The notes below the pieces were generated by a model. The model did no database searches. It was given only the letters and a program-made list of their open reading frames with translations, and had not been told where the DNA came from. Positions 1 through 7,889 of a stretch of 32,000 nt of DNA are shown here, piece by piece. Source of the DNA: an uncultured Gammaproteobacteria bacterium. GTDB taxonomy: Bacteria > Pseudomonadota > Gammaproteobacteria > SZUA-140. Location of the stretch: contig CAYRLE010000025.1 of NCBI GenBank assembly GCA_964425105.1, positions 38-32,037 on the forward strand. The letters run 5' to 3'. How positions within the stretch are numbered: position 1 is the stretch's first letter; every line of letters starts with the position of its first letter. The position numbers were made by a program, and so were the translations under genes.

Positions 1-40
1 AAGGGGAAGGTCGCACGTTCGAATCGTGCTCGGGGCGCCA
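1..40 (+). tRNA. 3' part of a tRNA gene cut by the window edge; isotype cannot be determined
   Basis: Variable loop AGGTC (8-12). T-stem/loop GCACG-TTCGAAT-CGTGC (13-29). Acceptor 3' strand TCGGGGC (30-36), discriminator G (37) and encoded CCA (38-40). Confidence 0.7.
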
Positions 41-110
41 CGCCCCCCTTTCAAGCCCCCTGCCCCGCTGCCGATAAATCCTGCAAGGAGGCAAACGGCT
101 GAGGCTTGAT

Positions 111-1247
111 ATGGGTAAACACCAGGATATTCTTGCAGAACTCAACAGGGACATCTCCCTGCAGGAAAAACTGGACTTCCTGCATTCCTTCCTCGGCGCC
201 AAATACGATTTCATCGAGCGCATTGCCATCGCCCTCTATGAGGCCCAGACCGACAAGCTGCGCACCTATGCCGACAGCACCAGCGGCCAGTCGCCCCTGC
301 AGAATTACGAAGTGCAGCTAGGCAGCATTCGCTCCCTGCTGGAGGTTGCGGAAGATGGCCATCCGCGGGTGGTCAACGACCTGAAACGGGAATACAGCGG
401 CCCGGCCCCCCACAGCCGCGCCCTGGCCGCCCGCTACTGCGCCAGTTATACACTGCCCATGTACAACAAGGGCAGATTTCTCGGCTTTGTCTTTTTCAAT
501 GCCAGCAAAAAGAATTGCTTCGATGCCAAGGTGCTTCATGACCTGGATATGGTGGGACACCTCATTGCCATGACCATAGCCGCAGAACTGGCCACGGTCC
601 AGGCCATGACCGCGGCCCTCAAGACCGCTCGCGACCTGTCCCATCACCGCGATGCCGAGACCGGCTCCCACCTGGAACGCATGGCCCAGTATTCGCGGCT
701 GATCGCCCTGGAACTCGCCGATCGCCATGAACTCAGTGACGAATTCATCGAATACCTATTTCTCTATGCGCCGCTCCACGACATCGGCAAAATCGGCATC
801 CCCGACAAGGTGCTGTTGAAACCGGCCAAACTGAGCGATCACGAATTCGAGATCATGAAACGCCATGTGGACAAGGGCCGGGAGATCGTCGATTCCATGG
901 TAAACAACTTTCAGGTGGACCGTTTCCCCTACACCCACGTGCTGCGCAACATCGTGGAACTGCATCACGAAGCCGTCAACGGGGAAGGCTATCTGAGGGG
1001 ACTGCAGGGTGAGGCCATTCCCATCGAGGCGCGCATCGTCGCGGTGGCCGATGTCTTCGACGCCCTCACCAGCCAACGCCCCTATAAGATGGCATGGAGC
1101 AACGAACAGGCCTTCGCCATGCTGCACGAGATGGCGGGCAGTAAACTGGATGCCGACTGCGTGGCGGCCCTGTGCCGCAACGAAGAACGGATCATCGAGA
1201 TACAACAGCGATTTGCCGAGACCCAAGACACCCAGGATTCGGCGTAA
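111..1247 (+). CDS. HD-GYP domain c-di-GMP phosphodiesterase with an N-terminal GAF-like sensor region
   Basis: 378-aa ORF. HD-GYP metal-binding signature: LHDIGKIGIPD, MKRHVDKG, ELHHEAVNGEGYLRGL, VADVFDALTSQRPYK. The GYP motif reads GYL here. High GC3 supports coding. Confidence 0.85.
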   Translation: MGKHQDILAELNRDISLQEKLDFLHSFLGAKYDFIERIAIALYEAQTDKLRTYADSTSGQSPLQNYEVQLGSIRSLLEVAEDGHPRVVNDLKREYSGPAPHSRALAARYCASYTLPMYNKGRFLGFVFFNASKKNCFDAKVLHDLDMVGHLIAMTIAAELATVQAMTAALKTARDLSHHRDAETGSHLERMAQYSRLIALELADRHELSDEFIEYLFLYAPLHDIGKIGIPDKVLLKPAKLSDHEFEIMKRHVDKGREIVDSMVNNFQVDRFPYTHVLRNIVELHHEAVNGEGYLRGLQGEAIPIEARIVAVADVFDALTSQRPYKMAWSNEQAFAMLHEMAGSKLDADCVAALCRNEERIIEIQQRFAETQDTQDSA

Positions 1248-1374
1248 TAAACCATAACGAAACAAAGGAATAAAGCCGCCACAGCAGTGCGCGATGGGAG
1301 ACTCGTGGATAATTTATAGTATCCTCTTATTCCCGATGAACATATAGCATCACTGCGACAAGGCGACAATCATC

Positions 1375-3351
1375 ATGGAAAACCGTTGGAACGATCAGGA
1401 AGCAGCCCGCCACCAAGGCGACCTGGGGCTGCGCGTCTACAGCTCCCGCCTCCTGGGTCAGGACAAGACCTTGGTACTGCACGGCGGCGGCAACACCTCA
1501 GTCAAGATCCGCCAGCCCAACATCTTTGGCGAGCCCGAAGACATCCTCTATGTGAAAGGCAGTGGCTGGGACCTGGAGACCATCGCCGAGGCCGGCTTCG
1601 CCCCGGTGCGCCTGAATCATCTCATCGCCCTGGCCCGCCTGCCGACGCTGAGCGACCCCCAGATGGTCAACGAATTGCGCACCCACATGACCGATGCCAG
1701 CGCCCCCACCCCCTCGGTGGAGGCCATTCTCCATGCCATCATTCCCCACAAGTTCGTGGACCATACCCATGCCGATGCCGTGGTCTCCGTGACCAATACC
1801 GAGGACGGCCGGCGCCGTATCGAGGAGATCTATGGCGACGAGGTAGTTATCATTCCCTATGTCATGCCGGGCTTCGACCTCGCCCGGCTGTGCGCAGAGC
1901 GCTTCGCGGCCGAGGCCCATGAAGGCACCATCGGCATGATCCTCATGAATCACGGGGTATTCTCCTTCGCTCCCGACGCCAAGACCTCATATGAGCGCAT
2001 GATCGATCTGGTGGGCCGCGCGCAGCGTTATCTGGAATCCCGCCAAGCCTGGCATATTCGCATCCCGGAAGCGGCCGGCGAAGAGCGCAAGACCCTGCGC
2101 CTGGAGATCGCCGCCCTGCGCCGCCAGGCCTCGGAGACGGCCGGTTTCCCGCTGCTGCTCAGTACGCACCGCGATCCCCAGTGCCTGAGCTTCGCACAGC
2201 GCCGCGATCTCGCGGCCATCAGCCAGCAGGGGCCGGCAACCCCCGACCATGTGATCCGCACCAAGCGTCTGCCGCTGCTGGGTCGCGACATCGCGGCCTA
2301 TGCCGAGGCCTACCGCGCCTATTTCGAGGAGCACGCTGCCCGCGCAAAGGACCCCAAGACCATGCTGGATCCGGCGCCGCGGGTGATCCTGGATCCCGAA
2401 CTGGGCATGGTCACCCTGGGGCGCAGCGCTAAAGAGGCGGCCATCGTGGCCGACATCTACCGCCACACCATGGACATCATCCTGCGCGCCGAGGCACTGG
2501 GCGGCTATCGCGCCCTGCCCGCCAGTGACATCTTCGACGTGGAATACTGGGACTTGGAGCAGGCCAAGCTGCGCAAATCGGGACCGCCGCCGCGCTTCGC
2601 CGGCGAGGTCGCCCTGGTCACGGGCGCCGCCTCGGGTATCGGCAAGGCCTGCGTGGAGGCCCTGCTCAAGGAAGGCGCCGCCGTCGTGGGGCTGGACATC
2701 AACCCCGACATCCAGCAGGCCGCAGACGCCCCCGGCTATCTGGGCCTGGTGTGCGACGTCACCGACGAACAGCAATTGAACGAAGCCCTGGAGGCTACCG
2801 TGCGGCGTTTCGGCGGGCTGGACATGCTGGTGCTCAACGCCGGCGCCTTCCCTGCCAGCCGCCGTGTGGAGGAACTCGACACGGCCCACTGGCACAAGGT
2901 GTTCCGCCTCAATCTGGATGCCAATCTGGCGCTGCTGCGGGAAAGCCATCCCCTCTTGAAACAGGCCCCCGCCAAGGGACGGGTGGTGATCATCGGCTCC
3001 AAGAACGTGGCCGCACCCGGCCCCGGCGCCGCCGCCTACTCGGCCTCCAAGGCGGCCCTCAATCAGCTGGCGCGGGTGGCAGCCCTGGAGTGGGCCGGAG
3101 ACGGCATCCGCATCAACACCGTCCACCCCGACGCCGTGTTCGACACCGGCATCTGGAGCGAGGAGATCCTGGCCTCGCGGGCCCGCCACTATGGCATGAG
3201 CGTGGAGGAATACAAGACCAAGAACCTGCTCAAGACCACCATCACCTCCCAGGACGTGGCGGCCCTGGTAACGGCCATGTGCGGCCCGCTGTTCGCCAAG
3301 ACCACCGGCGCCCAGCTGCCCATCGACGGCGGCAATGAAAGAATAATCTGA
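1375..3351 (+). CDS. Bifunctional class II aldolase/adducin-domain protein fused to a short-chain dehydrogenase/reductase (rhamnulose-1-phosphate aldolase/alcohol dehydrogenase-like)
   Basis: 658-aa ORF. The N-terminal half has the aldolase-type pattern (LHGGGNTSVK ... HTHADAVV). The C-terminal half has the SDR Rossmann motif VTGAASGIGKA, plus NAG and the YSASKAAL catalytic Tyr/Lys. Confidence 0.8.
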   Translation: MENRWNDQEAARHQGDLGLRVYSSRLLGQDKTLVLHGGGNTSVKIRQPNIFGEPEDILYVKGSGWDLETIAEAGFAPVRLNHLIALARLPTLSDPQMVNELRTHMTDASAPTPSVEAILHAIIPHKFVDHTHADAVVSVTNTEDGRRRIEEIYGDEVVIIPYVMPGFDLARLCAERFAAEAHEGTIGMILMNHGVFSFAPDAKTSYERMIDLVGRAQRYLESRQAWHIRIPEAAGEERKTLRLEIAALRRQASETAGFPLLLSTHRDPQCLSFAQRRDLAAISQQGPATPDHVIRTKRLPLLGRDIAAYAEAYRAYFEEHAARAKDPKTMLDPAPRVILDPELGMVTLGRSAKEAAIVADIYRHTMDIILRAEALGGYRALPASDIFDVEYWDLEQAKLRKSGPPPRFAGEVALVTGAASGIGKACVEALLKEGAAVVGLDINPDIQQAADAPGYLGLVCDVTDEQQLNEALEATVRRFGGLDMLVLNAGAFPASRRVEELDTAHWHKVFRLNLDANLALLRESHPLLKQAPAKGRVVIIGSKNVAAPGPGAAAYSASKAALNQLARVAALEWAGDGIRINTVHPDAVFDTGIWSEEILASRARHYGMSVEEYKTKNLLKTTITSQDVAALVTAMCGPLFAKTTGAQLPIDGGNERII

Positions 3352-3404
3352 TATTCAATCAGAAAAGTATAAACCTTGGAAATTCATGCCCTTATGAAAC
3401 ACTA

Positions 3405-3413
3405 TGATATACT
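3405..3413 (+). promoter_or_regulatory. Possible extended -10 promoter element (TGATATACT) upstream of the FlhG-like gene
   Basis: TGnTATACT in an AT-rich patch of the 191-nt intergenic region. No convincing -35 was found. Confidence 0.25.
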
Positions 3414-3542
3414 GACAAGATCTATCCTCGCCCCTCGGGAGGGAAGCTGCGGCATTGGCCATGCCGTCGCCCGGACTTCAGGGACAGACCGGAAAGGAGG
3501 CGCAGACAGCGGCACACAGGGAGTTGTGTCAGGACGCGGCAG

Positions 3543-5183
3543 ATGGCGCAGCGTCCTGAGAAGCCCCCCCTCACCCTGTCTTTTATTATGAACAAGATCC
3601 TGAAAATCCGCGCCCCTGGCGGTGAAGGCGGCCATTCCGGCATCACCGAAGCGGGCCAGCAGACCCGGGTCATCGCCATCACCAGCGGCAAGGGAGGTGT
3701 CGGCAAGACCAACATCACCAGCAACCTGGGCATCGCCCTGGCCAGCCGCGGGGCCCGGGTGTGCATCTTCGATGCCGACACCTCGCTGGCCAACATCAAT
3801 ATCGTAATGGGGCTGAACCCCCGCTATACCATCGAACACCTCCTGTCCGGTGAAAAAACCATCGACGACATCATCATCGACGGCCCCAAGGGCGTGAAGA
3901 TCGTCCCCGCGGCATCGGGCATCGCCGAATGCGCCCAGCTCGACCCGGAACAACGCCGGCGTCTCATCGAGGCCCTGGCGGAACTGGAGGAACGTTTCGA
4001 CTACCTGCTCATCGATACCGCCGCCGGCATCGGTGAGACAGTACTGAGCTTCATCCAGTCCGCCCAGTACGTGGTGCTGGTGATCTCGCCGGAACCCACC
4101 TCCCTGACCGATGCCTTTGCCCTGATCCGGATGCTGAAACGGCGCGGCTTCAAACGCCCCGTCTACGTCCTGGTCAATATGGTGCTGAACTACGCCAACA
4201 GCATGGAGGTCTTCAAACGCTTCGAGGCGGCGGCCAAGAAATATCTCAAGGTCAATGTCCACTACCTGGGCTACATCCCACGAGACGAAGCGGTCAGCAA
4301 GGCGGTTTCCAAGCAGACGCCGGTAATCCTCCAGGAACCTTCCAGCGTCGCCAGCCGCTGCTTCATGACCCTGGCCGATGTGTTGAGCAAACAGCTGAAG
4401 ACCGGCGGCCGGCACCCCAGCTTCAGCGACTACTGGAAACGACAGACGGCAGCTGAAGTCAAAGCCGCCGCGGCGCCCTCCAGCCAACCGTCTCCTGCTG
4501 CCCCGCCTCCCGCGCCAGCCCCTGACCCGGAAACTGCGGCACAGCGCCTGCTGGAATTCCTGGCAGACCCCCAGACCACGGCTGATGCAGCCCAGCCCCT
4601 GGTGCACCGCCTGATCGAGGCCTACGAGACACGCTTCCACAGTCTGCCCTGCAACACCAGCCAGATCCTGCGCCTACTGATGGAGGCGCCACAGTCCAAT
4701 GAGACAGAATTCCGCGACTTGATCTTCTGCCTGGAAGGCCACTATGAAAAGCGCTTCGGCCATCCCGTGCGCAGCATCGAAAACCGTATCGTCAAGATCA
4801 TCGACGACATCGACGGCTCGGAGGAACTGTGCCGAGAACTGATCCTGCATCTGAAGGAAAGATATGGCCCCCAGCTGTGCCGCGAGATCCTCGCCTCGCC
4901 TGCGGAGATCGTCAGGATGATCCGTGAGGGGGAACTGGACAAGGACACCCTGGCCTTCCTGCTGGAAGGACTGAATGGTGTCTACCGGGAGCGCTACGGC
5001 ACCCTGCCCGGCAGCGAGACACGCGCCGTGGTGGCGGGCATGCACAAGCTGGTGGAACGCCTCGACCATCAGGAGACCGCCCTGGAAGACAGCCTGCTGC
5101 GCCTGAGCCGTTTCATCGAAGACAGCCTCGCCGACGAAGAAGAAAAGAACAGCGACGCCCCCCCCCATGCGCACTCTCCCTGA
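3543..5183 (+). CDS. MinD/ParA-superfamily ATPase of the FlhG/FleN type with a ~250-aa C-terminal extension (Pro/Ala linker plus four ~40-aa repeats)
   Basis: Deviant Walker A ITSGKGGVGKTN. FleN/FlhG-like blocks: IFDADTSLANINIVMGL, GVKIVPAASG, YLLIDTAAGIG, VISPEPTSLTDAFALI and YLGYIPRDEAVSKAV. After about aa 300 comes the linker AAAAPSSQPSPAAPPPAPAPDPE, then the repeats. Start is ambiguous: ATG 3543 has an AGGA 8 nt upstream, while ATG 3588 has no SD. Confidence 0.8.
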   Translation: MAQRPEKPPLTLSFIMNKILKIRAPGGEGGHSGITEAGQQTRVIAITSGKGGVGKTNITSNLGIALASRGARVCIFDADTSLANINIVMGLNPRYTIEHLLSGEKTIDDIIIDGPKGVKIVPAASGIAECAQLDPEQRRRLIEALAELEERFDYLLIDTAAGIGETVLSFIQSAQYVVLVISPEPTSLTDAFALIRMLKRRGFKRPVYVLVNMVLNYANSMEVFKRFEAAAKKYLKVNVHYLGYIPRDEAVSKAVSKQTPVILQEPSSVASRCFMTLADVLSKQLKTGGRHPSFSDYWKRQTAAEVKAAAAPSSQPSPAAPPPAPAPDPETAAQRLLEFLADPQTTADAAQPLVHRLIEAYETRFHSLPCNTSQILRLLMEAPQSNETEFRDLIFCLEGHYEKRFGHPVRSIENRIVKIIDDIDGSEELCRELILHLKERYGPQLCREILASPAEIVRMIREGELDKDTLAFLLEGLNGVYRERYGTLPGSETRAVVAGMHKLVERLDHQETALEDSLLRLSRFIEDSLADEEEKNSDAPPHAHSP

Positions 5184-5196
5184 ACCAAGCCGCCCT

Positions 5197-5245
5197 TACA
5201 CCTCACGCCTCACGCCTCACCCCTCACGCCTCACCCCTCACCCTT
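5197..5245. repeat. Tandem heptanucleotide array, 7 units (TACACCT CACGCCT CACGCCT CACCCCT CACGCCT CACCCCT CACCCTT); the reverse complement reads GTGAGGS
   Basis: Read directly from the sequence. It lies between the FlhG-like stop (5183) and the pgaA ORF start (5314). Confidence 0.9.
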
Positions 5246-5313
5246 TCTTATACAAATCAATCTCCTGCCGATAGGACCTATAGGAGGGACCTGTCCTGCA
5301 GCAACACACCTGA

Positions 5314-7887
5314 ATGCCCGCGCCGGAGGAAGACGGCACGGGCGGGGACAGGCCATGGAAAGAGAGCGATACAGAAATTGCCGTGCTGAAACGACTGACC
5401 GAAGCGACCAGCGGCCTGCGCGCTGCCAGTAGGCGCCCTTTGCCCGGCAAATGGCGTCGGCTTGTGTTGGGAATCAACGTCCTGTGCCTCCTGCTGGCGG
5501 CTGCCTGGCAGCCTGTCATGGCGGCCGATGCAGGCGACGAGGCCCGCTATCGCCAGGCCCTAACCCAGGCGCGGGCCGGACAACATGCCTCTGCTCTGGC
5601 CACCTTGAAAGACTTGCTGGACCGGCACCCCGGTCATCTGCCCTATCTCTATGACTATCTCACGGTGCTGGGCTGGGCCGAGCACGATGCCGAGGCGCTG
5701 GAGCTGCTGCCACGCCTGGACAGGACCCGCGCCCCTCTCTATGTACTGGAGTCCCTGGCCAAGTCGGCGCGCAATCTGCGCCGCTATCAGACGGCTGCCG
5801 AAATCTACCAGGAGGTGCTGCGCCGCCGCCCCCAGCGCCTGGCGGCCGCCATCGGCCTAGCATTGACGCTGGCGGACTGGGGCCGCGCCGCGGAGGCTCA
5901 GGCCACCCTCGCGCCCCTGGCCGCCCGCCAGCCCGGGAATCTGGACATCCTCGCCGCCCAGGCCTATGTCATGGAGGCGCACGGCGATTATTTTTCCGCC
6001 CTGCAAACCTATGAACAGATGCTACGCCTGGCCCCCCATAGCCGCGCGGCGCGGCGCGGACGCATCCTGGTGAGCGCCCGCCTGGGCGCCCCCCATTTGG
6101 CCGCCGTCCTGGCCCACACCGAGCCGGGACTGCTGAGCCCCGGGGAACTGGAGGCCATCACCAGTGACCGAACCGCCATCACCATCCGCTGGGGGCGCTT
6201 GCCCCATGGCGACCCCGCCAGCCGTTTTGCGGAAACCGACCAAGCCATCGCCGAACTGGAGGCGCGCCTGCAGGCCTTGGCAGCGGCAGGCCGTGCGGAT
6301 TCGCCGCGGGCACTGCAGAGCCGCTTCGATCTCATGGCCGCCTATCTGGACCGCCAGCGCATGAAAGATGTCATCACCCTCTACGAGGGACTGCCGCCGG
6401 AAAAAGGGCCTTTGCCCCCCTATGTGTTGAACACCGCAGCCAACGCCTATCTGCAGCGCCAGCAGCCGGAACGGGCCCGCGATCTGCTGCGCAAGGCCCT
6501 GGAGCAGCAGCCCGATGACTTCGACAGCCGTCTCGCCCTGGTCTATGCCCTGGTGGAAAGCGAGGCGTTCCCCGAAGCCTTGACGCTGGTGGACCAGCTG
6601 TCGGCCGGCCAGCCTGCCTGGCTGGGTAAAGGCCCGCCAGCCTACCGCAAGGAAAACCCCAGGCGCCTGGAGGCCGACAGCAGCGCCGCCCTGGTGCGGG
6701 CCTTCGCCGACCACCTCGGCGAAGCCCAGCGGCGCCTGGAGAGACTCAGCGACCAGGCCCCCCACAACGCCGCGCTGCGCAGCCAAAAGTCCTATGTCTA
6801 TCTGTGGCGCGGCTGGCCGCGGCGTGCCCTGGAGGACTTCCGCATCGCCCTGGACATCAATCCCCGCCAGCTGGATGCCCAGACCGGCAGCAGCCAAGCC
6901 CTGCTGGAAGTGGCGGACTACCGCCAGGGCCAGACCATACTCCACGGCCTGCAGCAGACTTTCCCGGAACAAGCGGAGGTGGCGGCACTGACGCGCCGCT
7001 GGGACATCCACAATATGCGTCAGCTGCGCATCGAGACGGGTTACAGCGACAGCTCCGGCAACGCCGAGGGCGGTGAAAACTTCGACCTCGATGCCTGGCT
7101 CTATGACCGGCCGCGGCGCTATCGCTACCGCGGTTTTCTCCACAGCCACCTCGCCTCGGCCAAGTTTCCGGAGGGCCGCGCCGACTACCGGCGGCTGGGC
7201 GCGGGCATCGAATACCGCCGTCCGGGCCTGGAACTGGTCTCGGAACTGAGCCGCGACCTGGACGACAGCATCAACGCCGGCCTATCCCTGCGCGCTCTGT
7301 GGCAACCAGACGACCACTGGCGCCTGGGGGTGGGTTACGACAGCTACAGCGACAACATCCCCCTGCGCGGACGCCTCAACGAGGACCTGGATGGCTGGGA
7401 CGTCAATCTCGATGCCGGCTACTATTTCCACGAGTCGCGGCGCCTGGACGCCAGCATTCAGTATCTCGATTTCAGCGACGGCAACCAGCGCCGCAGCGCC
7501 CAGGCCAGTTTCTTCCAGCGCCTGATCTCGGAACCCCATTACAAACTGGACGGCAGCGCCGCCCTCTACACCTCGCGCAACGACCGTGACAATGCGCCCT
7601 ATTTCAATCCCGGCCGCGACCTGTCCCTGGATTTCACCCTGCTCAACGAGTGGCTGCAGTACCGCCGCTACGAGCATAGTTTCCGCCACCGCCTGGCTAT
7701 CACAGCCGGCCTCTACGAACAACAGGGATTCGGCAGCGGCGCCACCTGGATGCTGCGCTACGAACAGCAATGGAACCCCGGCGACCGCCTGGAACTGATC
7801 TACGGCATCTCCAGGGCGCGCAGGATCTACGATGGTGATTCGGAGAACATCACCCGCATCTACCTCACTCTGGACTGGCGTTTCTGA
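5314..7887 (+). CDS. pgaA: Poly-beta-1,6-N-acetyl-D-glucosamine (PGA) export porin: TPR periplasmic domain plus C-terminal beta-barrel
   Basis: 857-aa ORF directly upstream of pgaBCD. The N-terminal two thirds are TPR-like and Ala/Leu-rich. The C-terminal ~280 aa show alternating beta-barrel-type sequence ending in the OMP-like terminal ...TLDWRF. The true start is uncertain: a TTG at 5440 would give a classical signal peptide (KWRRLVLGINVLCLLLAAAWQPVMA/AD). Confidence 0.85.
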   Translation: MPAPEEDGTGGDRPWKESDTEIAVLKRLTEATSGLRAASRRPLPGKWRRLVLGINVLCLLLAAAWQPVMAADAGDEARYRQALTQARAGQHASALATLKDLLDRHPGHLPYLYDYLTVLGWAEHDAEALELLPRLDRTRAPLYVLESLAKSARNLRRYQTAAEIYQEVLRRRPQRLAAAIGLALTLADWGRAAEAQATLAPLAARQPGNLDILAAQAYVMEAHGDYFSALQTYEQMLRLAPHSRAARRGRILVSARLGAPHLAAVLAHTEPGLLSPGELEAITSDRTAITIRWGRLPHGDPASRFAETDQAIAELEARLQALAAAGRADSPRALQSRFDLMAAYLDRQRMKDVITLYEGLPPEKGPLPPYVLNTAANAYLQRQQPERARDLLRKALEQQPDDFDSRLALVYALVESEAFPEALTLVDQLSAGQPAWLGKGPPAYRKENPRRLEADSSAALVRAFADHLGEAQRRLERLSDQAPHNAALRSQKSYVYLWRGWPRRALEDFRIALDINPRQLDAQTGSSQALLEVADYRQGQTILHGLQQTFPEQAEVAALTRRWDIHNMRQLRIETGYSDSSGNAEGGENFDLDAWLYDRPRRYRYRGFLHSHLASAKFPEGRADYRRLGAGIEYRRPGLELVSELSRDLDDSINAGLSLRALWQPDDHWRLGVGYDSYSDNIPLRGRLNEDLDGWDVNLDAGYYFHESRRLDASIQYLDFSDGNQRRSAQASFFQRLISEPHYKLDGSAALYTSRNDRDNAPYFNPGRDLSLDFTLLNEWLQYRRYEHSFRHRLAITAGLYEQQGFGSGATWMLRYEQQWNPGDRLELIYGISRARRIYDGDSENITRIYLTLDWRF

Positions 7888-7889
7888 AC

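Noticed and set aside
3420-3560. Possible c-di-GMP riboswitch upstream of the FlhG-like/pga region.
   Set aside because: Only generic hairpins are present. I could not find the GEMM-type paired hairpins with tetraloop/receptor and the conserved GGCAAA/ACGCAAAGC-type core. An Infernal scan would be needed to exclude it formally.
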